From positions 32,001-96,000 of the forward strand of contig CAVPSJ010000001.1 of assembly GCA_963708295.1 (NCBI GenBank): 64,000 nt of DNA, given 5' to 3'. Below the pieces are notes generated by a model. It was not told where the DNA came from, did not search any database, and was given only the letters and a program-made list of their open reading frames with translations. Position numbers and translations under genes: made by a program. Of the stretch, positions 19,451 to 29,671 are shown in pieces. Numbering within the stretch: position 1 is the stretch's first letter; each line of letters starts with the position of its first letter. Source of the stretch: an uncultured delta proteobacterium. Its GTDB lineage: Bacteria; Desulfobacterota; BSN033; UBA1163.

Positions 19451-19666
19451 ATGGAAGAGCAGGATGATCATTCTGACCCAATCGATCAAAAAGAGGAAAA
19501 GAAACGGGAGATCGACCTCAATAACCTATTTCCTGAAAAGGGCTATGATTTAAATCACCTTTTCCCGGATGAAGGAACCAAGAAACTCCTTTACGAATTA
19601 AGGCGGAACAAGCGAGATATTGAGCGTTTTATAATGAGTCTTCATGTGGAGGAAGAACAGAAATGA
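19451..19666 (+). CDS. Hypothetical protein
   Basis: Preceded by TTGACA-N17-TATATA (19409-19437) and an RBS; overlaps the next gene (ATGA). Confidence 0.6.
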   Translation: MEEQDDHSDPIDQKEEKKREIDLNNLFPEKGYDLNHLFPDEGTKKLLYELRRNKRDIERFIMSLHVEEEQK

Positions 19667-19899
19667 AGTGCCCTCATTGTGGTGAAACATTGGCTTCCGT
19701 TGTTTGCCCGGAGTGCGGGGGAGAGACGCTTGAAGGAAGCCTTTACTGCTGTCGTTGTGGAAAGCCCACAAAGATCGAAAAGGCGGAGATTGATGTCTCC
19801 GAGCGTGTCCCCTGTCGTGATGGGAACTGCGTTGGCACTATCAATGAAAAGGGGATTTGCAATATCTGTGGGAACCCGCTTATTGGAAACGCGGGTTGA
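19663..19899 (+). CDS. Zinc-ribbon domain protein
   Basis: CPHC, CPEC, CCRC, C-x4-C..CNIC. Confidence 0.8.
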   Translation: MKCPHCGETLASVVCPECGGETLEGSLYCCRCGKPTKIEKAEIDVSERVPCRDGNCVGTINEKGICNICGNPLIGNAG

Positions 19900-20069
19900 G
19901 AGGGTTATTCCCCCTTTTTCTAAAGGAGGCTGATCTTGGCATCTTTCTTGTATGTTACTTTGCACATAATTTTTACTTGAAAGAACAGATTTTTGACCCT
20001 ATTGACAACTGGAACAACGATGATTAGCTTAGTAGGAAGGTAAGTGATTAATTTTAAAGGAGGACCAGG

Positions 20070-22484
20070 ATGATATTTTTGCCGAGAGGGGGAGCCGACC
20101 GAGACGAGAAGGCAAAGGACGACAGGGTTATTGTCCCCGATGAACTCCCGATTCTCCCGCTGAGAGGGACCGTGCTTTATCCTGACTTAATATTGCCCAT
20201 CATGGTGGGCAGAAAGAAGTCAGTGAAATTGATCGATGATGCGATGGATTCCGACCGTATTATCGGAGTGATCACCCAGAAAAGGTCTGAAATTGAAGAT
20301 CCGAAAGAGACCGATCTTTATTCAGTGGGCGTTGCTGCGCTGATTTTAAGGATGATCCGGGAACTGGATGGAAGCCAACGAGTCATTGTCCAAGGGGTCT
20401 CGAGAATCAAGATAAAAGAATACATCCAGCGGGAACCCTACTTCAGGGCAAGGAGTGAAGTGATCGATGACGGGTCCGTAACAGGAGTGGAAATCGATGC
20501 CCTTATCATGAATTTGAAGAACCTTTTTCAAAGGGCTGTTGAGTTGGCTCCGTACCTGACGAGTGAGTTGGGAACGATGGTTTCTAATATCAAGTCTCCC
20601 TCCATTCTTGCTGATTTGATCGCCTCGAACCTTAATATTTCGACGACTGAGAAGCAGGGAATCTTGGAGACATTTGACGTCCGAGAACGGTTGACGAAAG
20701 TCCATCTCTTCCTCAACAAAGAAGTTCAGGTCCTGGAACTGGGGAACAAGATCCAATCGCAGGTCAAGGAGGATATGGATCGAACCCAGAGAGAATATTA
20801 TCTCCGGGAGCAATTGAAGGCGATTAAGAAAGAGCTGGGAGAGCTGGATGAACATTCAACGGAGATTAAGGAGCTTAAAGAGAAGATCAAAAAGGCCAAG
20901 ATGCCTCCCGAAGCCTTGACGGCTGCAGAAAAAGAGCTAGATCGCCTGGCCAAGATCCCCCCTGCCTCGGCCGAGTATACCGTCGCCAGAACCTATCTCG
21001 ATTGGTTGGCGGAACTCCCTTGGTCCGAAACCACAGAGGACAACCTGGATATCGACAATGCCCAGAAGACCCTGGATGAAGACCATTATGATTTGGAAAA
21101 GGTAAAAAAACGGATTTTGGAATACCTGGCAGTCAGGAAATTGAAGGCGGATATGAAAGGGCCGATCCTCTGTTTCGTCGGGCCTCCAGGGGTGGGGAAG
21201 ACCTCACTTGGAAAGTCGATCGCTCGAACAATGGGCCGTAAATTCATAAGAATCTCCCTGGGTGGCGTCCGGGATGAAGCCGAAATCCGAGGGCATCGGA
21301 GGACCTATGTGGGTGCGCTGCCTGGCCGGATCATTCAAGGGATCAAAAAAGCTGGATCAAATAACCCGATCTTCATGCTGGACGAAGTGGATAAAATCGG
21401 AATGGACTTTCGCGGAGACCCCTCCTCTGCACTGCTGGAGGTATTGGATCCGGAACAGAACTTTTCCTTCTCCGATCACTATATCGATGTTAATTTCGAT
21501 CTCTCGAAGGTAATGTTCATCACCACCGCGAATGTGCTCGATACCATCCCTCCTCCCCTCAGGGACCGGATGGAAACCCTCGAGCTTCCGGGCTATAGCG
21601 AAGATCAGAAGATGATGATTGCTAAACAGTTTTTAATTCCCAAGCAGATCGGCGAGCACGGCTTGAGTTCAGAGTACATCGAATTTCAGGATGCGGCACT
21701 TCAGGTGATCATCAGTTCCTACACCCGGGAGGCAGGGGTCAGAAACTTGGAGAGGGAGGTCGCAGCCATCTGTCGTGGGGTGGCCAAGGATGTGGCACGA
21801 GAGATAAAAGAGAAGGTGATCATCGGTCCGGACAACTTGCATAAATTCTTGGGACCGGTCAAATTCTTCCTGGAAGTGGCAGAACGGACCTCTAATCCAG
21901 GTGTGGCGACGGGTCTGGCCTGGACGCCTACTGGAGGGGACATCATTTTTGTGGAAGCGACGAAGATGAGGGGAGAGAAAGGGCTGACCTTGACAGGGCA
22001 ATTGGGAGATGTGATGAAGGAATCCGCCCAGGCCGCTTTAGCCTATGTTCGATCCAAATCGAAAGAACTCGGTATCGAGGAGGATTTTTTTGAAAAGAAT
22101 GATATCCACATCCATGTGCCAGCGGGGGCCATCCCAAAGGATGGGCCTTCAGCTGGGGTGACGATGTTTGTGGCGCTGACCTCCCTTTTGACCGACAAGC
22201 CTGTTCGCAGCGACGTCGCCATGACGGGAGAGATCACGTTGAGGGGCTTGGTCCTTCCTGTGGGGGGGATCAAAGAGAAGGTATTGGCGGGAATGCGGGC
22301 CGGGATTAAGACGATCATCCTTCCGAAAAAGAACGAGAAAGACTTGGAGGAGATTCCCGAGCATATTCGAAATCAGATGAATTTTAAATATATTCAGCGG
22401 ATGGATGAGGCCATTGAACTGGCGCTGAAACACACGGAGCCGCGAAGCACAGAGCGAGAAATCGTCAGCCCTCCAGTTAGTTAA
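20070..22484 (+). CDS. lon: Lon protease (endopeptidase La)
   Basis: GPPGVGKTS, RRTYVGA, PKDGPSAG, KEK; promoter TTGACA-N17-TAGCTT at 20002-20030. Confidence 0.97.
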   Translation: MIFLPRGGADRDEKAKDDRVIVPDELPILPLRGTVLYPDLILPIMVGRKKSVKLIDDAMDSDRIIGVITQKRSEIEDPKETDLYSVGVAALILRMIRELDGSQRVIVQGVSRIKIKEYIQREPYFRARSEVIDDGSVTGVEIDALIMNLKNLFQRAVELAPYLTSELGTMVSNIKSPSILADLIASNLNISTTEKQGILETFDVRERLTKVHLFLNKEVQVLELGNKIQSQVKEDMDRTQREYYLREQLKAIKKELGELDEHSTEIKELKEKIKKAKMPPEALTAAEKELDRLAKIPPASAEYTVARTYLDWLAELPWSETTEDNLDIDNAQKTLDEDHYDLEKVKKRILEYLAVRKLKADMKGPILCFVGPPGVGKTSLGKSIARTMGRKFIRISLGGVRDEAEIRGHRRTYVGALPGRIIQGIKKAGSNNPIFMLDEVDKIGMDFRGDPSSALLEVLDPEQNFSFSDHYIDVNFDLSKVMFITTANVLDTIPPPLRDRMETLELPGYSEDQKMMIAKQFLIPKQIGEHGLSSEYIEFQDAALQVIISSYTREAGVRNLEREVAAICRGVAKDVAREIKEKVIIGPDNLHKFLGPVKFFLEVAERTSNPGVATGLAWTPTGGDIIFVEATKMRGEKGLTLTGQLGDVMKESAQAALAYVRSKSKELGIEEDFFEKNDIHIHVPAGAIPKDGPSAGVTMFVALTSLLTDKPVRSDVAMTGEITLRGLVLPVGGIKEKVLAGMRAGIKTIILPKKNEKDLEEIPEHIRNQMNFKYIQRMDEAIELALKHTEPRSTEREIVSPPVS

Positions 22485-22489
22485 GACCC

Positions 22490-22811
22490 TAACAGGCTAC
22501 TGAAAAACGTCCATCCGTCCCGCGCTTGGCGGGATTTCCGTCGTCATTGTGGCGTACCCTCAAGTATGCCTCTGGCCGACTCACCAACTCGTCGGCGTGC
22601 CTGCACGCCGTAGTGCTTGCTTTCGACTCTTTGCGGGTTACCGCCTTGAGTGGAGAATTTGGGTCACCTCATAAGCGCAGATGTTTCGGCACGCAGGCGT
22701 GGCAAGAAGTCACTCCTTATTCGTTGTGACGCTACTCTCGGGATTTCGGGGGCCTTGTATCTGGGCATTTTTGAGCAGCCTGAGAATAGCACCTTTTGCA
22801 GTGATCCGCTA
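22490..22811. mobile_element. MITE-like element
   Basis: caggctactgaaaaa (22493-22507) vs tttttgagcagcctg (22768-22782), plus a second degenerate end at 22794-22811; no credible ORF. Confidence 0.5.
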
Positions 22812-22872
22812 AAATTTTCTTTCCTGCGTTTACCCTTTGCCCGGAACCACGGGTTAGATCTGGGACTGTTTC

Positions 22873-24099
22873 GTGGATTATCCAAAACTCAGAAACATAA
22901 ATATTTTTCCAGTCCAGAGTTCTGGAGAAACCCTGCTCTGCCTCCAGGACCCACAAGACATCAGTGAGAAACCCCTTTTTTTGTCACCCCCTGTCTATTT
23001 CATTATCTCCCTTTTTGACGGTCAGCATTCGATCCTGGATATTCAGGCGGAATATATGAGGAAGTTTGGAGAATTCCTGTATACAGAAAAATTACAGGAG
23101 ATCATCCTTCAATTAGATGTTGCCCTTTTTCTTGAAGGGGAACGGTACCAAGAGGCGTTCAGGCAGAAAGAGGAGGATTTTAAAAAGCTCTCGTTCAGAA
23201 GAGCGGTTTTTGCCGGGAAAAGCTATGAAGCGGACCCCGGCAGATTGAGAAGTCAACTTGAAGGGTATTTTACGATCGCAGGCGGCCCCGGATCTCTTGG
23301 AGACAAAAGAATTGAAAATGGCTTAAAGGGAGTGATCGTTCCCCACATTGATTTTCAACGGGGAGGGTCCTGTTATGCCTTCGGTCACCGAGAGATATGG
23401 GAAGGAAGTTCTGCCGACTGTTTCGTCATCTTTGGAACAGCTCACGCTCCGATGGACAATCCCTTCTGCCTGACCCGAAAAGATTTTGCCACCCCCCTCG
23501 GCACGTTAGCCGTGGATAGGGAATTGGTAGAAGCCATCCAATCCCGCTGTCCGGATAACCTCTTTCAAGAGGAGGGAGTGCAACGGAGCGAGCATTCCGT
23601 TGAATTTCAGTGTGTCTTTCTGCGATATCTCTACCCGGAGCCCAATCCTTTGACCATTGTCCCCATTCTGAGCGGATCATTTCACGAAGCGATCGAAAAA
23701 AGGGTCTCGCCGATGGAACTCAAGCCGATCCGCCAGTTCATCGACGCGCTCGGAGAGGCTGTTTCATCTGTTGGAAGAGAAGTTTGTTATATTGCCAGCG
23801 CAGATCTTGCTCACATGGGCCTCCAATTCGGGGATCTTGAAGGCATCCGCGAGCATGACCTCGGGGTCATCTCTCGAGAAGACGATGAGATGTTGGAGTA
23901 CGCGAAGAAGATGGACGGCGAGGGATTCTTTTCATCGATCGCGAGGGAGAAAGATCGGAGGAATGTCTGCGGTCTTCCGGCGATCTATTCCATGCTCAAG
24001 ACCCTCCAGGCGGGAGAGGGCACACTTCTTAAATATGGCCAGGCTTTTACTCCGGAGATGGAATCCGTCGTCACTTTTGCCAGTCTTGGCTTTTACTGA
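22873..24099 (+). CDS. AmmeMemoRadiSam system protein B (MEMO1 family) with N-terminal extension
   Basis: PHID, GTAH, EHSVEFQ, SADLAH, NVCG motifs. Confidence 0.88.
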   Translation: MDYPKLRNINIFPVQSSGETLLCLQDPQDISEKPLFLSPPVYFIISLFDGQHSILDIQAEYMRKFGEFLYTEKLQEIILQLDVALFLEGERYQEAFRQKEEDFKKLSFRRAVFAGKSYEADPGRLRSQLEGYFTIAGGPGSLGDKRIENGLKGVIVPHIDFQRGGSCYAFGHREIWEGSSADCFVIFGTAHAPMDNPFCLTRKDFATPLGTLAVDRELVEAIQSRCPDNLFQEEGVQRSEHSVEFQCVFLRYLYPEPNPLTIVPILSGSFHEAIEKRVSPMELKPIRQFIDALGEAVSSVGREVCYIASADLAHMGLQFGDLEGIREHDLGVISREDDEMLEYAKKMDGEGFFSSIAREKDRRNVCGLPAIYSMLKTLQAGEGTLLKYGQAFTPEMESVVTFASLGFY

Positions 24100-24106
24100 A
24101 AAGGAA

Positions 24107-24180
24107 GGAGTTCGGAGTGATTCGTTCGGAGTGTTTGTTGGGATTTTACTCCGAACTCCCAACCCTTAACTCCGAACTTC
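24107..24180. repeat. GAGTTCG/CGAACTC heptamer inverted element between convergent genes
   Basis: ggagttcggagt ... actccgaactcc ... actccgaacttc. Confidence 0.7.
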
Positions 24181-24185
24181 TTAAA

Positions 24186-24425
24186 TCAGGAGGGTTTCTG
24201 CTTCATTCTATCGATGGAAGGGTAGTATTCCGAAAGTTTTTTCTCTACTTCTAAAGGAAGTTCTACTTGAAGGTTAAGGATCTTTTCTCTGAGCAAGGCC
24301 AGGGCCCCCAATTTTTCACTGACTTCTTTCGGCGTCACGCGACTTAATCTTCTTGATACCTCTTTCACCTCCTCGTTGAGGAACTCGACCAGTTTCAGGA
24401 TCTCCGCAATCTTTTTTTGGGACAT
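24186..24425 (-). CDS. Small helical hypothetical protein
   Basis: RBS ggaggg; host-like codon use. Confidence 0.55.
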   Translation of the reverse strand: MSQKKIAEILKLVEFLNEEVKEVSRRLSRVTPKEVSEKLGALALLREKILNLQVELPLEVEKKLSEYYPSIDRMKQKPS

Positions 24426-24506
24426 TTGAATTTCCCTCCCCGTAATTCCATCACCATACCTGATTTAAACCGAGAATTCAAGGATTTTGATCTGCTTTTG
24501 ATCTGC

Positions 24507-25196
24507 TTAGTCGTTCAGCACTTCTTCCTTCGCAAAGTCGGAGAGACTCCGGTCGTTCCCTTCCTTGAGCAACCTTATCCAGTTCCTCACCCGATCCATC
24601 CCGTAAGCTTTTTCCCACGCAGCGACGATCTGCTCCACAGGAATATCCGCATACACACCATGAAAATGGATATATTCCATAAACCTTTGATTTTGGAAAT
24701 TATAGGCCTGGAAAAGAGAATCTTCGCGGCCGTTAAATTCAAGGGGCGGGACATGGTGCCTTCTGCAAAGCTCTAGGTTGAAAGCAGGTGTGGCCTTTAC
24801 CCATTTCCCCTCGAGATGACACTCCACAAAACCATGGTAGACAAAGAGGTCACTTCCCATGAACTTGATGAGTTGCTTTGTAGCAAGATGATTCCGGACA
24901 TCGGCAAAACCGATGCGGGCGGGAATGCCGCAGCATCTTGCCAGGGCACAGAGAAGAGAGGCTTTGGGCACGCAAAAACTTCTTCCCCGCTGGAGCACAT
25001 TGCTTGCGCGGTAGTGTTCAGGGAGATGAAAAGGAGAATAAGGGTCGTAGAGGATCCTGTCGCGTACGGCATCATAGAGCCTGACGGCGATCTCGATCGG
25101 CTCTGTCCTCCCCTGAACGATGGCGCTCGCATAATCTCTGATGCTCGGATGATCGCTATCGATGATCGATGTTGAAGTGAGATAATCTTTTTCCAT
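24507..25196 (-). CDS. Transglutaminase-like family protein
   Basis: FCVPKA..CGIPARI..YHG..W catalytic pattern. Confidence 0.88.
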   Translation of the reverse strand: MEKDYLTSTSIIDSDHPSIRDYASAIVQGRTEPIEIAVRLYDAVRDRILYDPYSPFHLPEHYRASNVLQRGRSFCVPKASLLCALARCCGIPARIGFADVRNHLATKQLIKFMGSDLFVYHGFVECHLEGKWVKATPAFNLELCRRHHVPPLEFNGREDSLFQAYNFQNQRFMEYIHFHGVYADIPVEQIVAAWEKAYGMDRVRNWIRLLKEGNDRSLSDFAKEEVLND

Positions 25197-25301
25197 GTTC
25201 TTGTTCCCGGGCTCCCTTTACCCGAGAAACGTGAAGGGGGCAAGCCGCCTTCACGTTTGCTTCGGTGAATAAGAATTTACTAAATTGAAGCGGAAGAGTC
25301 A

Positions 25302-25396
25302 ACCCTTCGACGCCCCGCATAAATGCAGGGGTTTGACTCTGAGCGGCGGTTTCCGCCCTCGCCCTGAAGGGCACGGCTTCGCGCCGTCGAATGGGT
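25302..25396. repeat. Short palindromic element resembling IS200/IS605 ends
   Basis: acccttcgac / gtcgaatgggt ends enclosing hairpins ccccgcataaatgcagggg and gccctgaagggc. Confidence 0.4.
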
Positions 25397-25498
25397 CAAT
25401 AAAATCGCTCAGAGGAATAACGATCTATGGTTGAGATTCTAAATGAGATATGGTATGAAAATAAATTGTTGCCAACTCTTGGACGATCGGGGTTGAAG

Positions 25499-25903
25499 AT
25501 GGTGCAAACTTTTCAAGTGCGAACCTCGGCTCAGACCGAATTTATTGACATCACCCGTTCCGTCCGAGAGGCTGCAAAAAAAACGGGGGTGGAAAATGGA
25601 ATTTGCATCGTCTTCATCCCCCACACCACCGCTGCTGTGACGATCAACGAAAATGCGGATCCAAGCGTCGTCCAAGATATAGTCATGGCATTCAACAAGA
25701 TCGTTCCCTTTAAGGATTCCTATCGCCATACGGAAGGGAATTCTCCAGCTCATATCAAGGCCAGTCTGGTGGGATGTTCCCAAAGCGTCTTTGTTGAGTC
25801 GGGGGAGTTAGTCCTCGGAACCTGGCAGGGGATCTTTTTTTGTGAATTTGATGGGCCAAGGAATCGGAAAGTCCACGTGAAAGTGATTTCTGAGGGTCAA
25901 TGA
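25499..25903 (+). CDS. yjbQ: YjbQ/UPF0047 family protein
   Basis: PHTTAAVTINEN, HIKASL, LGTWQGIFFCEFDGPR. Confidence 0.92.
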   Translation: MVQTFQVRTSAQTEFIDITRSVREAAKKTGVENGICIVFIPHTTAAVTINENADPSVVQDIVMAFNKIVPFKDSYRHTEGNSPAHIKASLVGCSQSVFVESGELVLGTWQGIFFCEFDGPRNRKVHVKVISEGQ

Positions 25904-25969
25904 AGTTTGCTCCTTCCTGGAAGCGTTGCCCTCGAGCAGGTCACCGGGGTCTTCATTTCGTGACAGACG

Positions 25970-26746
25970 ATGGATCTGACTATTGAAGAGCTCGTCGATA
26001 GAGCGGGTGAGATTATTGAAAAAGAACCACGTCTGATCCTGCTCCCTTCTGAAGGGAAAGTCGTCTTTGTCGGAGATACCCATGGAGATCTGGAGGCCAG
26101 CCAGGAGGTGATTCGGCAATACCTCAGAAGATCTTATCGCATTGTCTTCTTGGGAGACTATGTGGATCGGGGGGCTGATTCAGAAGAGAATATCCAATAC
26201 CTTCTGGGGCTGAAGTTGGAACATCCCGAAGAGATCTTTCTTCTGGCCGGGAATCATGAGGGGTTTATGGTGAAACAGTTTGACCCTTCCAGTTTCTGGA
26301 GTTCCATCTCATTTGAAGAGAGGGAACGGTATGGTTTCTTATTCTCCAAATTCCCTTTAGCCGCCACGACTCAGAATGGAATCTTAGCCGTCCATGGGGC
26401 ACTGCCAGATTTAAAGTCTCTCGAAGAAATAGGCAGGGTTGGACTGGGAGATGAGAATTGGGACAGGATCGTCTGGGGGGATTTTGCGGAAGAGGAGGTC
26501 GATTTTCTGGGTGATTTATGGGGAAGGCCCCAATTCGGTCGGCCTTATTTCGAGCGAATGATGGAGCGATATCAAAAACAGGTGCTCCTTCGATCCCATC
26601 AACCCCATGCGCGTTTGAGAATGTTTAACAACAGGTGTATCACTATTTTTACCTCTCATGCCTACTTGCCGGTCCGCACCGTTGCCATCGCCGACCTGGA
26701 AAAGGAAATCCGAAGCGCCGATGATATCGTCTTAGAAAGGGTTTAA
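25970..26746 (+). CDS. PPP-family Ser/Thr phosphatase-like metallophosphoesterase
   Basis: GDTHG, GDYVDRG, GNHE, HG, RSHQ. Confidence 0.88.
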   Translation: MDLTIEELVDRAGEIIEKEPRLILLPSEGKVVFVGDTHGDLEASQEVIRQYLRRSYRIVFLGDYVDRGADSEENIQYLLGLKLEHPEEIFLLAGNHEGFMVKQFDPSSFWSSISFEERERYGFLFSKFPLAATTQNGILAVHGALPDLKSLEEIGRVGLGDENWDRIVWGDFAEEEVDFLGDLWGRPQFGRPYFERMMERYQKQVLLRSHQPHARLRMFNNRCITIFTSHAYLPVRTVAIADLEKEIRSADDIVLERV

Positions 26747-27057
26747 ATTCGAAGCACCTGCCTTCGCAAGGTTCCGCCTTTACGGGATGAGGCAGGCAAA
26801 ATACGAAACTCAAAATGAAGATGTTAAATCCTAAACTCGAAATCCTAAACTCTAAACAAACTCAAAATGTCTAAAGCACAAAGCTCAGTATCGTATGAAT
26901 TAGAAAGGTCGGACTCCATGGGTGAGAAGTTAGGAATACCTTTTGGGTTTTATGTTTTGGATTTGCTTAGGATTTAGAGTTTAGTGTTTAGAGTTTAAAC
27001 AGCTTCGGATTGGTAGGAAACGGACGCTTCGCCCGATATTCGGATTTCGAGCTTAGC
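26745..27057. repeat. Nested heptamer-arm elements (CGAA outer, CTAAA inner) with two small inserts
   Basis: Outer aaattcgaagcac...gatattcggatttcgagcttag; inner aaatcctaaactc... / ...gatttagagtttagtgtttagagttt; 33 nt identical to 17069-17101. Confidence 0.75.
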
Positions 27058-27068
27058 GAGTGCATGGG

Positions 27069-27725
27069 ATGCTCAAAATCATTTCATTCGATATGGACGG
27101 AACCCTGGTTGACGCAGAATTCACGGACTGGGTCTGGGGGCATGGCATTCCGGCACTTTATGCCAAGAAAGTAGGGGTCACCTTCGAGGAAGCGAAAACT
27201 TTTGTCACAGACGAATACCGTAAAGTCGGCGAGGGGGCGATTGAATGGTACGATATCAAATATTGGTTTCGATTTTTCGGACTGGAGGAGAGTTGGAGAG
27301 GGGTCATGGAACAATATACGGATAAGATCAAGGTTTATCCGGATGTCCATCAGATATTGGACCGTTTGAGAGGCAGGTTCCCGTTGGTTCTCACCTCTAA
27401 TGCAGGGAGAGAGTTTATTGACATTGAGATGAAAGCAACGGGCCTCGGGAGATACTTCAACCGGATTTTTTCAGCGACTTCTGATTTCGGTCAGGTGAAG
27501 AAAACAGCGGACTTTTACCAACGGATTTGTCGGGCCCTCGAAACCAAACCTCAGGAAATGGTCCATGTGGGTGACCATTATGACTTTGACTATCTCGTTC
27601 CCCGCTCGCTGGGGATCCATGCCTTTTACCTAAATCGACTGGGCGAACAAAACGCTGCCTCTATCATCTCAGATCTGAGAGATCTGGAAGAGAGACTTCC
27701 TACTGCTTCGGATTTCAGACGTTAA
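27069..27725 (+). CDS. HAD-family hydrolase
   Basis: FDMDGTL, TSN, KK, VGD...D. Confidence 0.9.
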   Translation: MLKIISFDMDGTLVDAEFTDWVWGHGIPALYAKKVGVTFEEAKTFVTDEYRKVGEGAIEWYDIKYWFRFFGLEESWRGVMEQYTDKIKVYPDVHQILDRLRGRFPLVLTSNAGREFIDIEMKATGLGRYFNRIFSATSDFGQVKKTADFYQRICRALETKPQEMVHVGDHYDFDYLVPRSLGIHAFYLNRLGEQNAASIISDLRDLEERLPTASDFRR

Positions 27726-27894
27726 ATTGAAGGATCCCTACCTGGCCCGGTCTCCATCGCGACCGGGGAAATCTGGAGCTTGAAATTGCAGACCTCGAAG
27801 GGGTGATCGCTGATCGGGGAACGAGCAAGATTGAAAGAATTCTTCCCATTATGCTATGATACTAAAGGGTTATGGGAAGGGTGGGAGGAAAGAA

Positions 27895-29295
27895 GTGGCT
27901 GTCCCGAGGATACTGGTCGTCGATGATGAAGTGATCGTTTGCGAGAGTTGCAAGCGTATTCTGGAAGAAGAGGGCTACGATGTGGAAACTGCCCTGAGCG
28001 GGAAAGAAGCCTTTGAAAAGATGAAAGACAACCCGTTTGACATCGTCATCACCGACCTTAAGATGCCGGGAATTGACGGCATGGAGGTCCTGAAGACATT
28101 CCGTAAGGATTATCCCGATTCAATCATCATTATGATCACCGGCTTCTCCACGGTCGAAACCGCGGTCGAGGCCATGAAATTAGGAGCCTTCGACTACATC
28201 CCCAAGCCCTTTACGCCTGATGAAGTCGCCATCGTGGTGAACAAGGCGATTGAGAAGAAGAATCTGATGTTAGAAAATATCTACCTGCGCCAGGAGTTGC
28301 AGGAAAAGTACGGGTTCCATAATATCGTGGGGAAGAGTAAGAAGATGCAGGAGATCTACCGGGTCATTGCCAAAGTGGCTGTCACCGATAGCACGGTCTT
28401 AATCTATGGGCAGAGCGGGACAGGAAAAGAACTTATTGCCCGGGCCATTCATTTCAACAGTCCGAGGAGAGAGAAACAATTTGTGCCGGTGGACTGTGCG
28501 GTTCTTTCAGAGAATCTTTTGGAGAGTGAATTGTTCGGCCATGTCCGGGGTTCTTTCACCGGGGCCGTCACGACCAAACCGGGGCTTTTTGAAGTGGCTG
28601 ACGGAGGAACGGTTTTCCTCGACGAAGTTGGGAATATCAGTCTTTCTATTCAGGCGAAACTCCTGAGGGTCTTGCAAGAGAGAGAATTTACCCCCGTGGG
28701 AGGAACCAAGGCCAAAAAGGTGGACATCCGGCTGATTGCTGCCACCAACAAGGATCTCGAAAAGATGATCAAAGAAGAGGTCTTCAGGGAAGATCTCTAT
28801 TACCGGCTGAATATTGTTCCCATCTCTCTCCCGACTTTGAAAGAACGTCAGGAGGATATTCCACTCCTGGCTGTTCATTTTCTCAAGAAATATGCCGATG
28901 AGATGGGAAAGACGATCAAAGGATTTACTCCCGAAGCCATGGAAAAGTTGACGAGGTATCCCTGGCCGGGGAACATTCGGGAACTGGAGAACGTCATCGA
29001 GCGGACAGTCGTGATGATCGATGATGAAATGGTGGGAGTGGTGCATCTCGTTCTGCCGGGGCAAGCGGAGAAAGAAATTTTGGAAAATCAAATCCCCACG
29101 ACAAGCGAAGAGCTAAAAGAGATTAAGAAACAGATGAGGGAAAAGGCGGTTGAAGAGATTGAAAAGGCATTCGTCCTGAATGCTTTGGAGCGGCATCAAT
29201 GGAATGTTACCCGGGCGGCTGAAGAGGTGGGAATGCTTCGACCAAACTTTCAGGCGCTGATGAGAAAGTACAACCTCCGAGCTCGGGGAGAATGA
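27895..29295 (+). CDS. Sigma-54-dependent response regulator (NtrC/AtoC family)
   Basis: REC domain, GQSGTGKE, GSFTGA, FLDEV, HTH. Confidence 0.95.
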   Translation: MAVPRILVVDDEVIVCESCKRILEEEGYDVETALSGKEAFEKMKDNPFDIVITDLKMPGIDGMEVLKTFRKDYPDSIIIMITGFSTVETAVEAMKLGAFDYIPKPFTPDEVAIVVNKAIEKKNLMLENIYLRQELQEKYGFHNIVGKSKKMQEIYRVIAKVAVTDSTVLIYGQSGTGKELIARAIHFNSPRREKQFVPVDCAVLSENLLESELFGHVRGSFTGAVTTKPGLFEVADGGTVFLDEVGNISLSIQAKLLRVLQEREFTPVGGTKAKKVDIRLIAATNKDLEKMIKEEVFREDLYYRLNIVPISLPTLKERQEDIPLLAVHFLKKYADEMGKTIKGFTPEAMEKLTRYPWPGNIRELENVIERTVVMIDDEMVGVVHLVLPGQAEKEILENQIPTTSEELKEIKKQMREKAVEEIEKAFVLNALERHQWNVTRAAEEVGMLRPNFQALMRKYNLRARGE

Positions 29296-29302
29296 AGAAT
29301 CG

Positions 29303-29455
29303 TCAATGGGCAATGACCAATGACCAATGATCGATGAGGAATCGTTTGCGGATAAGGGCTGAAACGGATTCGATTTATGAAATCATCGACGATCGCCGAA
29401 TGGGTAGTTTACAAATCGATTCTTGCCGATTGAACATTGATCATTGAGAATTGGA
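29303..29455. repeat. CAATGAC/CATTGAT heptamer inverted element
   Basis: caatgaccaatgaccaatga ... ttgaacattgatcattgag. Confidence 0.6.
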
Positions 29456-29671
29456 GTTTTTGCCTTGTCAGATTTTTTTAAATGGCTCATTGTTGGCTGG
29501 TCAATCGTCTTAGTCGGGATTGCCGGACTCGGATTGATCCTCATCGTCAAATATGGGGAAGTGAAAAAGATTGAAACAGACGACGTAAGTCTTTGTTTCA
29601 TCATCGCCTTTTTCTGTTGGTTAATCCCAATCATTGCCTTCACCATCCTAGCCCGGACCTTAGGATTTTAA
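29444..29671 (+). CDS. Possible small two-TM membrane protein
   Basis: Two hydrophobic stretches; start uncertain. Confidence 0.35.
   Translation: MRIGVFALSDFFKWLIVGWSIVLVGIAGLGLILIVKYGEVKKIETDDVSLCFIIAFFCWLIPIIAFTILARTLGF

Noticed and set aside
22526-22967. Several 67-105 aa ORFs
   Set aside because: They lie in the MITE-like element and overlap each other on both strands
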